This document shows, one piece after another, positions 47,251 through 57,312 of a stretch of 64,000 bases of DNA; the first letter of the stretch is position 1; every line of letters begins with the position of its first letter. Under the pieces are notes generated by a model. It searched no databases and was not told the DNA's origin. It was given only the letters and a program-made list of their open reading frames with translations. This DNA comes from Polyangiaceae bacterium (GTDB taxonomy: Bacteria; Myxococcota_A; Polyangia; Polyangiales; Polyangiaceae). The translations under genes were made by a program, and so were the position numbers. The stretch lies in the NCBI GenBank assembly GCA_044376115.1, contig JBILLK010000018.1:64001-128000 (forward strand). The letters run 5' to 3'.

Positions 47251-49172
47251 GGCATGGCTCGCTGGAGGACGGTTTGCAGCCGCGAGGGCGCGGTGTCGCG
47301 AGGCAAGAGCTGAGCGAGCTGCCACTTCTGAAACAGTAGGTCGCGCTCTGCGGCCAGCAGTTCATCACGCATTTTGCCGGCGAGGAGCGCGGGAGTAACC
47401 ACGCCCAGCAAGCTAACCATGAGCAAGGCCACGAGCGCATAGCCTTCCTTGAAGCTCGTCATGCGCGGCAACAGCGATATTGCGTCTGTCGTCACGGCCA
47501 TCGAGGGCGGTAGTACCCCTGAGAGTTCGAGCACCAGTGGGCCCACAATCGCGAGGCAACCGAGCACCAAAGCCGGCGCGCGATACGTTCTTGGAGCCTG
47601 GGCCACAAACAGCGTGGTGGTCGTCGCGACAAAACCGGGAACGAAGACCAGCGGGCCAAACACGAACGAAAGCAGCACAGCGTGACAGAGCACAGCCACG
47701 AAGATCGCGAGCCGGAAGCTTGGTGCGTAACGCTGCGTCTTCAGCAGCATCAAGCTCGCGGCAAAAATTCCAACCATCAGCGCGGCAACTCCCACGACCA
47801 GCTCGACTCGACGCACACCCATCAGAAACAGAAATCCGAACATCGGAAACCAAGCCGCAACGCGCGCCACACTGCCCCGTAGGATCGTCTTTAGGTGGCC
47901 AGCGAACAGGCTCGCCTCCTCGGCTCGAACCTCCTTTGGGAGCACGCTTGGAGGCGTGGCGAACAGGCCCAGAATGACCCGCCTAGCGGATAGGTTATCC
48001 GGCGCTAGCGCCAACGCTTGCCCGGCCTCATGCATGGCCAACGAGCGATACTTCTCATTCTCATTCGTGCTCTGCGACAGCGCGTTATCAGCATAGGCGC
48101 GCGCGGCCTCTGCTCGCTCCTCTGCGAGCTTCATGCGCAATGCAGTATCGCGGTCCCCATCGAGAAAGCTCTCCACCGCGCGTGCAAGGTCCCGAGCAGT
48201 CGTGTTGCGGTCAACCGGACGAAAGCGCGTTGCCCGTTCAACCAGGGCGCTGAGTTCGGGAGGCGCATCGGCGATCGCCGGAGTCACCCGCGCTGGCGAC
48301 AACGTCTCTTGCAAGATGGCTCCCGTCGACGGCCCCGCAAATAGCGGCCGACCTGCCAAGAGCTCAAACAGGATGCAGCCTAGTGCAAAGACGTCGCTGC
48401 GCTCATCGACGTCATTGTCGACATTGACGATCTGCTCCGGGGACATGTAGCCCGGCGTACCCACCATCTCACCTGGTTGCGTGGCACGTGGCTCTTCATC
48501 GTGCGCGACCTCATCTTGTCGCATGAGCTTGGCTACGCCCCAATCAAGTACGTAGACCTCGCCATAGAGCCCCAACATGATGTTGTCCGGCTTTAGATCG
48601 CGATGAACCACGCCACGCGAGTGAGCGTAGTCGAGGGCCTCGCACACCGTGACGAAGGCTCGCAGTAGCCTGTTGCGGCTAACCGGGATGGTCGCTTTGC
48701 CACTGACCGGGAGCGCTGCCTGCTGCGCCAAGATCTCGAACAGCGTGCGACCGTGAATCCGCTTCATGGTGAAGAACGGCAGCCCACGAGGGTCGTTGCC
48801 AATCTCATAAACGGGGACGATGCTCGGATGTTCGAGCAGCGCCTGCACGCGCGCCTCAAGCAAAAAGCGCTCGGTGGCCTCGCGTTGTATTTGCGGGGGA
48901 GGCTCGATCATCGACTTGAGCGCGACGTCACGCCCGATGCGCTCATCGCGCGCTCGCGCGACCTCGCCCATGCCTCCGCGGCCCAAGACCGACAGCGTCC
49001 TGTAGCGATCCACATGCGTGTCTTCATCGACGAAAACGTGGGCAAGTGACTCGGCTACCCGCGTGGATTGGCCCGGTTCACTTTCAGTGCCTCGCAACGC
49101 CTGGGCCTCTTCACTTCGTGGTTGACGAAGCCGAACAGTCGCTCGCTCGACGTCAATGGCATCACTGGGCAT
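47247..49172 (-). CDS. Ser/Thr kinase with C-terminal multi-TM domain
   Basis: LGRGGMG, HRDLKPDN, DWG, GTPGYMSPEQ; about 6 TM helices. Confidence 0.92.
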   Translation of the reverse strand: MPSDAIDVERATVRLRQPRSEEAQALRGTESEPGQSTRVAESLAHVFVDEDTHVDRYRTLSVLGRGGMGEVARARDERIGRDVALKSMIEPPPQIQREATERFLLEARVQALLEHPSIVPVYEIGNDPRGLPFFTMKRIHGRTLFEILAQQAALPVSGKATIPVSRNRLLRAFVTVCEALDYAHSRGVVHRDLKPDNIMLGLYGEVYVLDWGVAKLMRQDEVAHDEEPRATQPGEMVGTPGYMSPEQIVNVDNDVDERSDVFALGCILFELLAGRPLFAGPSTGAILQETLSPARVTPAIADAPPELSALVERATRFRPVDRNTTARDLARAVESFLDGDRDTALRMKLAEERAEAARAYADNALSQSTNENEKYRSLAMHEAGQALALAPDNLSARRVILGLFATPPSVLPKEVRAEEASLFAGHLKTILRGSVARVAAWFPMFGFLFLMGVRRVELVVGVAALMVGIFAASLMLLKTQRYAPSFRLAIFVAVLCHAVLLSFVFGPLVFVPGFVATTTTLFVAQAPRTYRAPALVLGCLAIVGPLVLELSGVLPPSMAVTTDAISLLPRMTSFKEGYALVALLMVSLLGVVTPALLAGKMRDELLAAERDLLFQKWQLAQLLPRDTAPSRLQTVLQRAMP

Positions 49173-49328
49173 GCCGGCAGGCTGACCTCGATTGCCGCGG
49201 AGCTCAAGCGCGTTGATCCCACTGACCACCGAGGTTCTACTCGCTTTGCCGTGGGCTCGCTGGTAGGGTCCGCGCGCTCTTGACTTTTCAAGGGCTCTGA
49301 CGTGCGGCTAACGCACGAGAGGACTTGG

Positions 49329-51596
49329 ATGCTTGATCTCTCTCTTGTCGAGAAGCTCGGACAGAGCCTATTCGACGCACTATCACAAAAAGGGTTTGAG
49401 ACCCTAACGCCCGTTCAACAGGCGATTCTTGCCAGTGAACACGCCGGGCGGGATCTGCGAATCAGCTCGAAGACGGGCTCCGGCAAGACCGTGGCCATGG
49501 GTCTGCTCGTACGCGACCTGCTGGAGGGCTGCGACGCTGGCCCCCGCGTGCTCGTGATTACGCCAACGCGCGAACTCGCGAAGCAGGTCGAGGAGGAGCT
49601 GGCTTGGCTATTCGCGCCAATGAAGGCGGGCGTCGCCTCGGTGACGGGTGGGTCGGGTGGCATGGGCTACCGGCAAGAGCGGCGCGCATTGTCGCTCAAG
49701 CCGGCGATTGTCGTCGGAACGCCTGGCCGCATCTTGGACCATTTGGATCGTGGGGTCTTGATCGGTGAAAACCTCGCAGCGGTGATGCTGGATGAAGCCG
49801 ATCGCATGCTCGATCTAGGCTTTCGCGACGACATCGAGGCCATCCTCAAGAAGGCGCCAACGACGCGTCGCACCCACTTGGTCTCGGCGACATTTCCGCC
49901 GGAGGTTCGCGCCCTCGCGGACTCGATTCAGACCAACCCCGTTCGTATCGAAGGCACTCCGCTCGGCAGCGCCAATGAAGACATTGACCATTTGGTCCAC
50001 CTGATTGTGCCCGAGCAGCGGCTCTCGGCCATCATCAACCTGCTGCTGACGACGCCTTCGGATCCGGTGCTGATCTTTGCCAAGACCCGCACCGACGTCT
50101 CACAGCTCACGGCGGATCTGCGCGACGCGGGCTTCATGATCGGCAAGCTTTCCGGCGAGATGGACCAGACGGATCGGAACCGGGCTCTCGCGGCTTTCCG
50201 CCGAGGTCAGCTGGACGCCATGGTTGCCACCGACGTCGCCGCACGAGGCATCGACGTACAGGGCATTGCTCGCGTCATCCACACCGAGCCGCCGATGGAC
50301 CCCGATGCCTATATCCATCGTTCCGGGCGAACCGGTCGAGCAGGCAACAAGGGACTCAGCTCCATGCTCGTCTCCCACGGCAACCTAATGAAGGCAGAGC
50401 GCCTGTTGGCGCGGGCAAGGGTCAACTTCCGCTTTGAGCCGATCCCTACCGCCGCAGACATTCGCACCCGAAGAGATGAACGCTTCCTCGCTCTCTTGAC
50501 GGCGGATGCCCCGATCGATCCGCAAGCAGGGGAGATCAGCTCGCCGGCGCAGAAGGCCCACCTGCGAACGCTGGCCGAACGAATCCTGAAGCTCGACAAT
50601 GCGCTGCAAGCGGTGACCAATCTGCTTGAGAAGGCACGCGCAAGCGGACCGACCGAGCCCAAGGAGATCACGCCGATCGCGCCGCCGGAGAAGCGAGCCG
50701 GTCGTGGGCCAGAGGGTCGCGAGCGCCGTTCCCGCGAGGACCGAGCCCCGCGCGAGCTGGGCAATCAGACGTTCGATCTGTTCCGCATCGCCTGGGGTCA
50801 GGAGCACGGTGCCGACGCCCGCCGTTTGGTGGCCATGGTTTGCCGGCGCGGCAACATCGAGAGTCGCTCGATCGGTGCCATCCGCGTGCAGCGCACCTTC
50901 TCCACCGTTGAAATCGAGACCTCGGCTGCACCGGCCTTCGAGGAACGTGCGGCCATGCCCGACCCCCGCGATCCGCGGGTGACCATTCGGCGGTTCACCG
51001 CCAAACGCCCCGAAGAAGATCGGCCCAAGGGCGACGGCCCCCCCGGCGAAGCGCCTCGGCCCGACGAGCCCCGACGCGACGCCGAACGCGACGCTGCGCC
51101 GCGCGCAGACGGCTTTCGACCCAACCCCAAGCCCGGCTTTCCGCGACGCGATTTCGCAGGGCGGCCGCCGTTCCGCTCCGAAGGGCAAGGTCGGCCGGAC
51201 TTCGCCAGGGGCGGCGATCAACAACGTTCCTTCCGCTCCGACGCACCTCCGCGGCGTGACGACGGCGCGAGGCCGTTTCGCTCGGATGCGCCGCCGCGGC
51301 GTGACGACGGCGCGAGGCCGTTTCGCTCGGATGCGCCGCCGCGCTCAGGTGGAGACAGGCCGTTTCGCTCCGATGCACCGCCGAACCGAGATTCCTTCGG
51401 GGGTGGTTCCAAGTTTGGTGGCCCTAAGCGCACCTTTGGACCGAAGCCGTTTCGTGACGAGACGCGAGCTGGGCTTCGCCCCGAGCGGCCGGCTTCGCCG
51501 GAAGGCCGAGAGAAGCCCGCCGAATCAAGGGACAAGCCGCGGCCCAAGAAGGCAGCGGACGCACCGGCTCGCAAGTTCAAGGGCAAGCCGCGCTGA
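49329..51596 (+). CDS. DEAD-box RNA helicase with DbpA-type RNA-binding domain (DeaD/CsdA-like)
   Basis: TGSGKT, PTRELA, DEAD, SAT, HRSGRTGR; Arg-rich tail. Confidence 0.94.
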   Translation: MLDLSLVEKLGQSLFDALSQKGFETLTPVQQAILASEHAGRDLRISSKTGSGKTVAMGLLVRDLLEGCDAGPRVLVITPTRELAKQVEEELAWLFAPMKAGVASVTGGSGGMGYRQERRALSLKPAIVVGTPGRILDHLDRGVLIGENLAAVMLDEADRMLDLGFRDDIEAILKKAPTTRRTHLVSATFPPEVRALADSIQTNPVRIEGTPLGSANEDIDHLVHLIVPEQRLSAIINLLLTTPSDPVLIFAKTRTDVSQLTADLRDAGFMIGKLSGEMDQTDRNRALAAFRRGQLDAMVATDVAARGIDVQGIARVIHTEPPMDPDAYIHRSGRTGRAGNKGLSSMLVSHGNLMKAERLLARARVNFRFEPIPTAADIRTRRDERFLALLTADAPIDPQAGEISSPAQKAHLRTLAERILKLDNALQAVTNLLEKARASGPTEPKEITPIAPPEKRAGRGPEGRERRSREDRAPRELGNQTFDLFRIAWGQEHGADARRLVAMVCRRGNIESRSIGAIRVQRTFSTVEIETSAAPAFEERAAMPDPRDPRVTIRRFTAKRPEEDRPKGDGPPGEAPRPDEPRRDAERDAAPRADGFRPNPKPGFPRRDFAGRPPFRSEGQGRPDFARGGDQQRSFRSDAPPRRDDGARPFRSDAPPRRDDGARPFRSDAPPRSGGDRPFRSDAPPNRDSFGGGSKFGGPKRTFGPKPFRDETRAGLRPERPASPEGREKPAESRDKPRPKKAADAPARKFKGKPR
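51231..51383 (+). repeat. Coding tandem repeat of ~45 bp (FRSDAPPRRDDGARP), about 3.5 copies
   Basis: Repeat visible in both the DNA and the protein. Confidence 0.9.
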
Positions 51597-51636
51597 TTCA
51601 AGCCGCGCTGACTAGGCCTCCACCTTCGGTGGACGC

Positions 51637-51674
51637 AACGCCGCAAGCCTCCTCGCGAAGCTTGCGGCGTTTTT
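51637..51674 (+). terminator. Intrinsic terminator
   Basis: AACGCCGCAAGC/GCTTGCGGCGTT stem followed by a T-run. Confidence 0.75.
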
Positions 51675-51676
51675 CG

Positions 51677-52762
51677 TTATCGTGCGTGTACAGGGGGCAG
51701 GGTTGGTTTTGCCGGGCGAAGCAAGTACGCCATGCCCACCCCACCAACGAACCCGCCAACGTGGGCGAGCCAGGCTACATGGTTATCCTTGTCCAGTAGC
51801 ATCAGGAACTGCATACCTACCCAAACCAATAGGTAGTAAATTGCTCGCAGCTGGAATGGGTAGAAGAGGAACACGACCCAAACTTTTACTCGCGGAAACA
51901 GCACAAAGTAAGCGCCCATCAGGCCGGCGATTGCCCCCGATGCCCCCACCATGGGCTGGGAAGATTCAAGATTACCCAGCCAGTGTGATAAGCCCGCAAT
52001 CACCGCGGTAACGAGGTAGAGGACAGTAAACTTCTTGCGACCGAGCGCGTCCTCCACGTTGTCGCCGAAGATCCAGAGGAAGTAGAGATTGCCCAACAAA
52101 TGGGCAATTGAACCGTGGAAGAAGGCGTACGTCAGCGCATTGTAAACGTGACCTTGTTCAAAGGACTTGGACACGAAATACAGATTCAGCAGCGCCGCTT
52201 CATTTCCGCTCCCCATCATCACCAATTGGCCGATAAAGATAAGCGTCAATAAGCCAACGAGCCCGTGCACCAGGACGGGCTTGCGGCGAACGGGATTGTA
52301 CGCCTCGATCGGGATCGCGGTGACCAACTGCACCAAGTACACGACCGCGATTCCCACTTTGCCATGTTTGGCACCAGGCCTCGCGTTCGCCTCCTTGGCG
52401 ACGCCAGTGATCGCCTGCAGGGCTGGGCCTTCGTTCGCGTCGAGCCACAATCCGTAGCAGTGGCCGCAGGTATCGATCTCGACCTGACGCCCATCGTGAT
52501 GCAGGAGATGGCTCCACATCGGGCCGTGCCCCGCAGGACAGCTTAGCCGGCTGACGTGCGGTGGACGCGCGATCGCCTCGGGCGGCCAATTCGCGGGGTC
52601 TGCATCCGGTCCCAACGCGACAGCCGTTTCACCCCAATCAAAGAAGCTGCCGCCACACCGATAACAGTGGTCGACATAGACATGCCCGACCGGCAGCGCG
52701 TTCATCGGGTAGGTGCAACGAGGGCAGTAGCGACCGTAGGAATATTGCTGGTAGTGGTACAC
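51677..52762 (-). CDS. Rhomboid intramembrane protease with N-terminal Zn-finger (TFIIB-like) domains
   Basis: CPRC, CYRC, CGHC; HLLGN, GASG, AHVGG. Confidence 0.9.
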   Translation of the reverse strand: MYHYQQYSYGRYCPRCTYPMNALPVGHVYVDHCYRCGGSFFDWGETAVALGPDADPANWPPEAIARPPHVSRLSCPAGHGPMWSHLLHHDGRQVEIDTCGHCYGLWLDANEGPALQAITGVAKEANARPGAKHGKVGIAVVYLVQLVTAIPIEAYNPVRRKPVLVHGLVGLLTLIFIGQLVMMGSGNEAALLNLYFVSKSFEQGHVYNALTYAFFHGSIAHLLGNLYFLWIFGDNVEDALGRKKFTVLYLVTAVIAGLSHWLGNLESSQPMVGASGAIAGLMGAYFVLFPRVKVWVVFLFYPFQLRAIYYLLVWVGMQFLMLLDKDNHVAWLAHVGGFVGGVGMAYLLRPAKPTLPPVHAR

Positions 52763-52830
52763 CGCGGCGGGAGACTATCAGCGGTTGGCGATGAGCGTCG
52801 CTGGTTCGCAGCAGCTCGAAGCCAAAGCCT

Positions 52831-53799
52831 TCAGACCCAGTTCATCAAGGCGCTGGCGAGTGAAAGGATTCGCTCCCGAGGGGATCGCCTGCGCTCGCAC
52901 GAGACCTCGAGCACACGGGCGCGCTCAGCACCCTCGAGCAGATAGTCGTCGCTGGTGACCAAGCGGTCGACGAGCCCAAGCGATAGAGCCTTGGTGCCGT
53001 ACCAGTACTCGCCGGTCGCGACCGCCTCGATATCGAGTGAGGGCCTCATCTCCTTGACGAAGTCCTTGAACAGCGTGTGCGTTTCCTCGAGCTGCTCCTT
53101 CAGCTTGGCCTTGCCTTCGGCGGTGTTGGGTCCGAGCAGGCTCGTCGTGCGTTTGTACTTCCCAGCCGTTACGTCTTCGTAGTCGACGCCCAACTTCTCG
53201 AGAGCTCGATGGAGATTGGGCACCGGCGCTACGACGCCAATCGAGCCAATGATCGCAAACGGTGCGGCCACCACATGGTTCGCGACGCAGGCCATCATGT
53301 AGCCACCGCTTGCCGCCACACGATCGACGGCGATCGTTAGTCGAACACCTCGAGTCCGCAGCCGACCGAGCTGCGAAGCAGCGAGACCGTAGCTGTGGAC
53401 CGCTCCTCCGGGGCTCTCGAGTCGCAGCACGACCTCGTCATCAGGCTTAGCGATCCCAGCGATCGCCGTGACTTCCTCGCGCAAGTCCTCGACCGCCGAA
53501 GCCAACACGTCCCCTTTGAAGTCGAGGACGAAGAGTCTCTTGTGCGGTGCGATTCCTTTTTTGCGCTCGGCCTCAGCAAGTTTGCGGGCGGCCTTCTGCT
53601 CGGCCATGGGCAAAAGGCCAATGCGGACACCTTCCCGCATATCGCGCCAGCGGGCACTTACATCGCGAATACGTATGCTTGGATCCTCGTGGGAAGGCCT
53701 GCGCATTCGACCGGCGATCAACATCATGCAACCGGCAAACGTGATGAAGACCACGAGCGCCTTCGCGGCGAAGTCGAGAATGCTGAATAGCGTTTCCAC
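52831..53799 (-). CDS. sohB: S49 peptidase SohB
   Basis: VLDFKGD, LREEV, LESPGG, AASGGYMMAC, TAGKYKRT. Confidence 0.9.
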   Translation of the reverse strand: METLFSILDFAAKALVVFITFAGCMMLIAGRMRRPSHEDPSIRIRDVSARWRDMREGVRIGLLPMAEQKAARKLAEAERKKGIAPHKRLFVLDFKGDVLASAVEDLREEVTAIAGIAKPDDEVVLRLESPGGAVHSYGLAASQLGRLRTRGVRLTIAVDRVAASGGYMMACVANHVVAAPFAIIGSIGVVAPVPNLHRALEKLGVDYEDVTAGKYKRTTSLLGPNTAEGKAKLKEQLEETHTLFKDFVKEMRPSLDIEAVATGEYWYGTKALSLGLVDRLVTSDDYLLEGAERARVLEVSCERRRSPRERILSLASALMNWV

Positions 53800-53830
53800 G
53801 AGGGCTCCATACTCCGGCTAAGCTGCGGCC

Positions 53831-54277
53831 ATGGAGCGACCTTTTCGAGTGTTGGGAATTCAGCAGATCGCGGTTGGCAGCAACTCCAAGGCGAGCCTGC
53901 GCCGACTCTGGGTGGACCTGCTTGGGCTGGTTCCCGAGGGCAGCTTTCAGAGCGAAAAGGAGAACGTGGACGAGGACATCCTGTCGGTCGGCGAGGGACA
54001 CGCACGGGTCGAGGTCGACCTGATGCAGCCGCTGGATCCCGACAAGAAACCCAAGGTCAACGAGCCAGCTCTCAACCACATAGGCTTGTGGATCGACGAT
54101 CTCCCCAAGGCTGTGGCTTGGCTAGCGGAGCAAGGCGTCCGCTTCACCCCCGGCGGCATACGACGTGGCGCCTCCGGTCACGACGTGTGCTTTATCCACC
54201 CTAAAGGCAATGAAGAAACTCCGCAGGGAGGAGAAGGGGTTTTGATTGAGTTGGTACAAGCCCCTCCTCGATCCTGA
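53831..54277 (+). CDS. VOC family protein (methylmalonyl-CoA epimerase-like)
   Basis: QQIAVG, LNHIGL, FIHPK...GVLIELVQ. Confidence 0.85.
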   Translation: MERPFRVLGIQQIAVGSNSKASLRRLWVDLLGLVPEGSFQSEKENVDEDILSVGEGHARVEVDLMQPLDPDKKPKVNEPALNHIGLWIDDLPKAVAWLAEQGVRFTPGGIRRGASGHDVCFIHPKGNEETPQGGEGVLIELVQAPPRS

Positions 54278-54289
54278 GGACCCCGCGCA

Positions 54290-54457
54290 TCAATCGGTGC
54301 AGGGGATGTTGCTGTATCGTTCGTCCTCTTCTTGTGCGACCTCAACTTGGCAGCTGCTGACGAAGGGGCTTGCTTGGCCAGCAGCGATTGCCGTCCGCTC
54401 TGCGAGTTCACGCAGGGTAGAGGCCTGAGACGTCTGGCTGGCATTTGTTTGATCCAT
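54290..54457 (-). CDS. Putative 55-aa peptide ending EEDERYSNIPCTD
   Basis: ATG at 54457 directly below a sigma54-like motif. Confidence 0.5.
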   Translation of the reverse strand: MDQTNASQTSQASTLRELAERTAIAAGQASPFVSSCQVEVAQEEDERYSNIPCTD

Positions 54458-54468
54458 AGGTTCAGGTG

Positions 54469-54484
54469 AGCAAGGGCTGTGCCC
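54469..54484 (-). promoter_or_regulatory. Sigma54-like promoter GGGCACAGCCCTTGCT
   Basis: GGCAC-N5-TTGC with exact GG-N10-GC spacing. Confidence 0.6.
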
Positions 54485-54782
54485 GCGACCTAATTTGACG
54501 CACTGTGCGGGCGATTTCCGCTTATCGAAGTGCCGTAACGATCCGTGGGTGCGCGGCCGTTGTCCGTGGCAGCTAATGAATCTCAACCACTTGCCGCGGA
54601 CCGAACCAGACACTCTAAAGACGGTCGGTGATGGCTCAGCGCGTTGAGCTTGCAAAGACCAGCCTGCATTGCCGCTGTGCATCACGACTGAGCAGCCGTT
54701 GAGCCGCGTTCTTGATTTCGCATGCGTAAAGTCGTTTGCAGCTTGACCATGCGGCCGCGTTCGACCCATGAGACCCCTTGAA

Positions 54783-55066
54783 GCTTCGACTTTTGCACGC
54801 GTCTGGCGAAGGCGGATGCAGCAACGAGACCGGAGTGGACAGAGTCCACGAAGTGGAACGGAGTCCGCGGAGGTCTAACGGAGTGCCGAAGGCACGAAGT
54901 GAAGGACTCGGGCCTTCTTCCGAAGACCGGCCGAAGGCCCCTTGCCCTTTGGACTTGGCACGAGTCATTCAACCGAAGGTTGATGCAGCAACAAGAATGA
55001 CTCGGGCCCTCTTTTCGAAGAACGGCCGAAGGCCCGATTGAGCTTCGACTTTTGGCACGAGTCATT
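54783..55066. repeat. Composite REP-like palindromic repeat cluster
   Basis: Duplicated GACTCGGGCC...CGGCCGAAGGCCC and TTGGCACGAGTCATT; 54829-54857 is the exact reverse complement of 59349-59377. Confidence 0.75.
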
Positions 55067-55102
55067 TACACGGTGGAGCAGGCGGAGGAGAGTGGAGATC
55101 CC

Positions 55103-55324
55103 ATGAGCGCAGAGATGCCGAAACCGACCTGTCCTTGTGGGCACGACCGAACCCACCACATGGTCTCACCCAACGCGAACTACACGTTCACCGGCTGGTG
55201 TCTGAACGTGATCGGGATCACCGCCACACCAACCGAGATTCGCTTTGTCTGCCGCCGCTGCGACACGACAATTGAACGAATTACCGATCCAAAGGAAATG
55301 GAAGGGATCCGCATCTATGGCTGA
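55103..55324 (+). CDS. Small putative Zn-binding protein
   Basis: GGAG RBS; CPCGH...CRRC; overlaps the astB start. Confidence 0.65.
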   Translation: MSAEMPKPTCPCGHDRTHHMVSPNANYTFTGWCLNVIGITATPTEIRFVCRRCDTTIERITDPKEMEGIRIYG

Positions 55325-56654
55325 GCCGCTCGGGGAGTTGAACTTCGACGGCCTCGTAGGGCCCACCCACAACTTTGCCGGCCTCAGCCCTGGGAACCTT
55401 GCCAGCACGCACAACCGCGAGGCCCCATCGAATCCGCGAGCCGCTGCGCTACAAGGACTCGACAAGATGGCCCATGTAGCCAGCCTTGGGGTTGCTCAAG
55501 CGGTGTTGCCTCCCCAGCTTCGTCCGCACCTACCGACGCTGAGAAGGCTGGGGTTCCGCGGAAGTGATGAGCAAATGATAGCGGCCGCCGCAACCGCTGA
55601 ACCCACCCTGCTGCGGCGGGTCTCGAGCGCTTCCTCGATGTGGGTAGCCAACGCAGCAACGGTGGCACCGAGTTCGGACACGCGGGATGGGCGCCTCCAC
55701 CTCGTCCCGGCGAACCTCACCAGCATGATGCATCGCAGCCTCGAGGCCGAGTTCACGACGCTTTTGCTCAGGCGGCTCTTCGCAGACGAGCAACGGTTTG
55801 CGGTCCACGACGCCTTACCGGCCTCTGACGCACTCAGCGATGAAGGCGCGGCGAATCACGCGCGACTCTACGGTCCCAACGGCGGAGTGCACCTCTTCGG
55901 CTGGGGCCGCAGCGCGACCCAATCGCCTTCGCGACTTCCGGCACGGCAGAGCCTGGAGGCCTCGCGCGCGGTTGCGCGGCTGCTCGACCTGCCCGATGAA
56001 CGCGTGGTGTTTGCGCAGCAGGATCCAGTCGGAATTGACGGCGGTGCGTTTCATTCTGATGTCCTGCTCGTCGGAAATCACAACTTACTGATGCTCCATG
56101 AACGAGCGTTGGTTGATCAAAAGGCCGTCATTGAGCAATTGGAGCTTCGACTTGGTGAGCCGCTAAAGGTGGTGCAGGCAACCGAGAGCGAGCTTCCACT
56201 CGGCGTCGCGGTCTCCTGCTACCCGTTCAACTCGCAAGTGCTCAGCGTGCCTTCGCCGAGCGGAGAGACGATGGTGATCGTGGCGCCTAAAGACGCCGAG
56301 GAGAACGCACTTACGCTGCAGTTTCTTCAGCGAGTGACGCGTGAGGTGGATGCGGTGAGCCGCGTGGATTTCCTCGAGCTAAGGCAATCGATGCGAAACG
56401 GCGGTGGCCCAGCGTGTCTCCGCTTACGGGTGCCCGTAACGTCGGAGGAACGCGGCGCGATCAATGCTCGTGTGCTGTTCGACGAGAGCCTCGAACAGGA
56501 CCTGCGAGCGTGGGTGGGCCGCAACTACCGTGACCAACTCGAGCCCCGAGATCTTGCTGATCCCGCTCTAATTCGGGAGGTTTTGGTTGCCTTGGACGAA
56601 CTCACCGCGCTTCTGCGACTCGGGTCGGTCTATGAGTTCCAGACCCCAGGATAA
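55317..56654 (+). CDS. astB: N-succinylarginine dihydrolase
   Basis: ELNFDGLVGPTHN, SASSMWVANAAT, DEGAANH, SMRNGGGPACLRLRV. Confidence 0.95.
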   Translation: MAEPLGELNFDGLVGPTHNFAGLSPGNLASTHNREAPSNPRAAALQGLDKMAHVASLGVAQAVLPPQLRPHLPTLRRLGFRGSDEQMIAAAATAEPTLLRRVSSASSMWVANAATVAPSSDTRDGRLHLVPANLTSMMHRSLEAEFTTLLLRRLFADEQRFAVHDALPASDALSDEGAANHARLYGPNGGVHLFGWGRSATQSPSRLPARQSLEASRAVARLLDLPDERVVFAQQDPVGIDGGAFHSDVLLVGNHNLLMLHERALVDQKAVIEQLELRLGEPLKVVQATESELPLGVAVSCYPFNSQVLSVPSPSGETMVIVAPKDAEENALTLQFLQRVTREVDAVSRVDFLELRQSMRNGGGPACLRLRVPVTSEERGAINARVLFDESLEQDLRAWVGRNYRDQLEPRDLADPALIREVLVALDELTALLRLGSVYEFQTPG

Positions 56655-57265
56655 TGTGGCAGGATAGCCCCGTGAAGCGCACGAAGAGTTTCGTTCTGAC
56701 CCTTTGCCTTGCTCTTTCCGCCTGTGGGGGCTCAATTCAGTACGACTACGCGAAAGAGTACGATCCGCGAAAGAACGAGTATGTCATCGGCGCCGCCGAC
56801 GGGCTGAACATCAACGTGTGGCAGAACCCCGACCTCTCCACCACTGCCGTTGTGCGCCCAGACGGAACCATCACCCTCCCTTTGGTTGGAGACATCCAGG
56901 TCGCAGGCAAAACGCCGACCGAGGTACGAGACGAGATCAAGGTGCAGATCTCTCAGTTCGTCAAAGCTGAGGCAGCTATCGTCACAGTGGCCGTTTCCGC
57001 CATTGAGAGTTATCGCTTTACGGTGACAGGCGCAGTTGCCAACCCGGGCTCCTTCTCGGCCTCGTATTACGTATCAATCGCCGAGGCGATTGCGATGGCT
57101 GGCGGTCCGACGCGGTTCGCCGACACGAGTCAGATTGAGATCATCCGCACGAGCCAGAACGGCAAGCAGCGACGCATTCCGATCGACTACGACGACATCA
57201 GCACGAGGCGCCGACCGGAGGCCAACCTGATCCTGGTGGCTGGGGACACGGTCTTCATCCCCTGA
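56654..57265 (+). CDS. Short polysaccharide export (OPX/Wza-like) lipoprotein
   Basis: Lipobox LSAC; YVIG.AD, VRPDGTITLPLVG, SLBB-like domain. Confidence 0.88.
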   Translation: MWQDSPVKRTKSFVLTLCLALSACGGSIQYDYAKEYDPRKNEYVIGAADGLNINVWQNPDLSTTAVVRPDGTITLPLVGDIQVAGKTPTEVRDEIKVQISQFVKAEAAIVTVAVSAIESYRFTVTGAVANPGSFSASYYVSIAEAIAMAGGPTRFADTSQIEIIRTSQNGKQRRIPIDYDDISTRRRPEANLILVAGDTVFIP

Positions 57266-57312
57266 TAGGACGCCGCGGCCCTTTGGACCGCCGCTCCGCT
57301 TTTTGCGCTATC

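Noticed and set aside
51584..51611. Duplicated CAAGCCGCGCTGA at the helicase stop as a target-site duplication
   Set aside because: Only 2 nt separate the copies and no element lies between them.
54783..55066. CRISPR array
   Set aside because: Repeats are degenerate, nested and irregularly spaced, and there are no cas genes.
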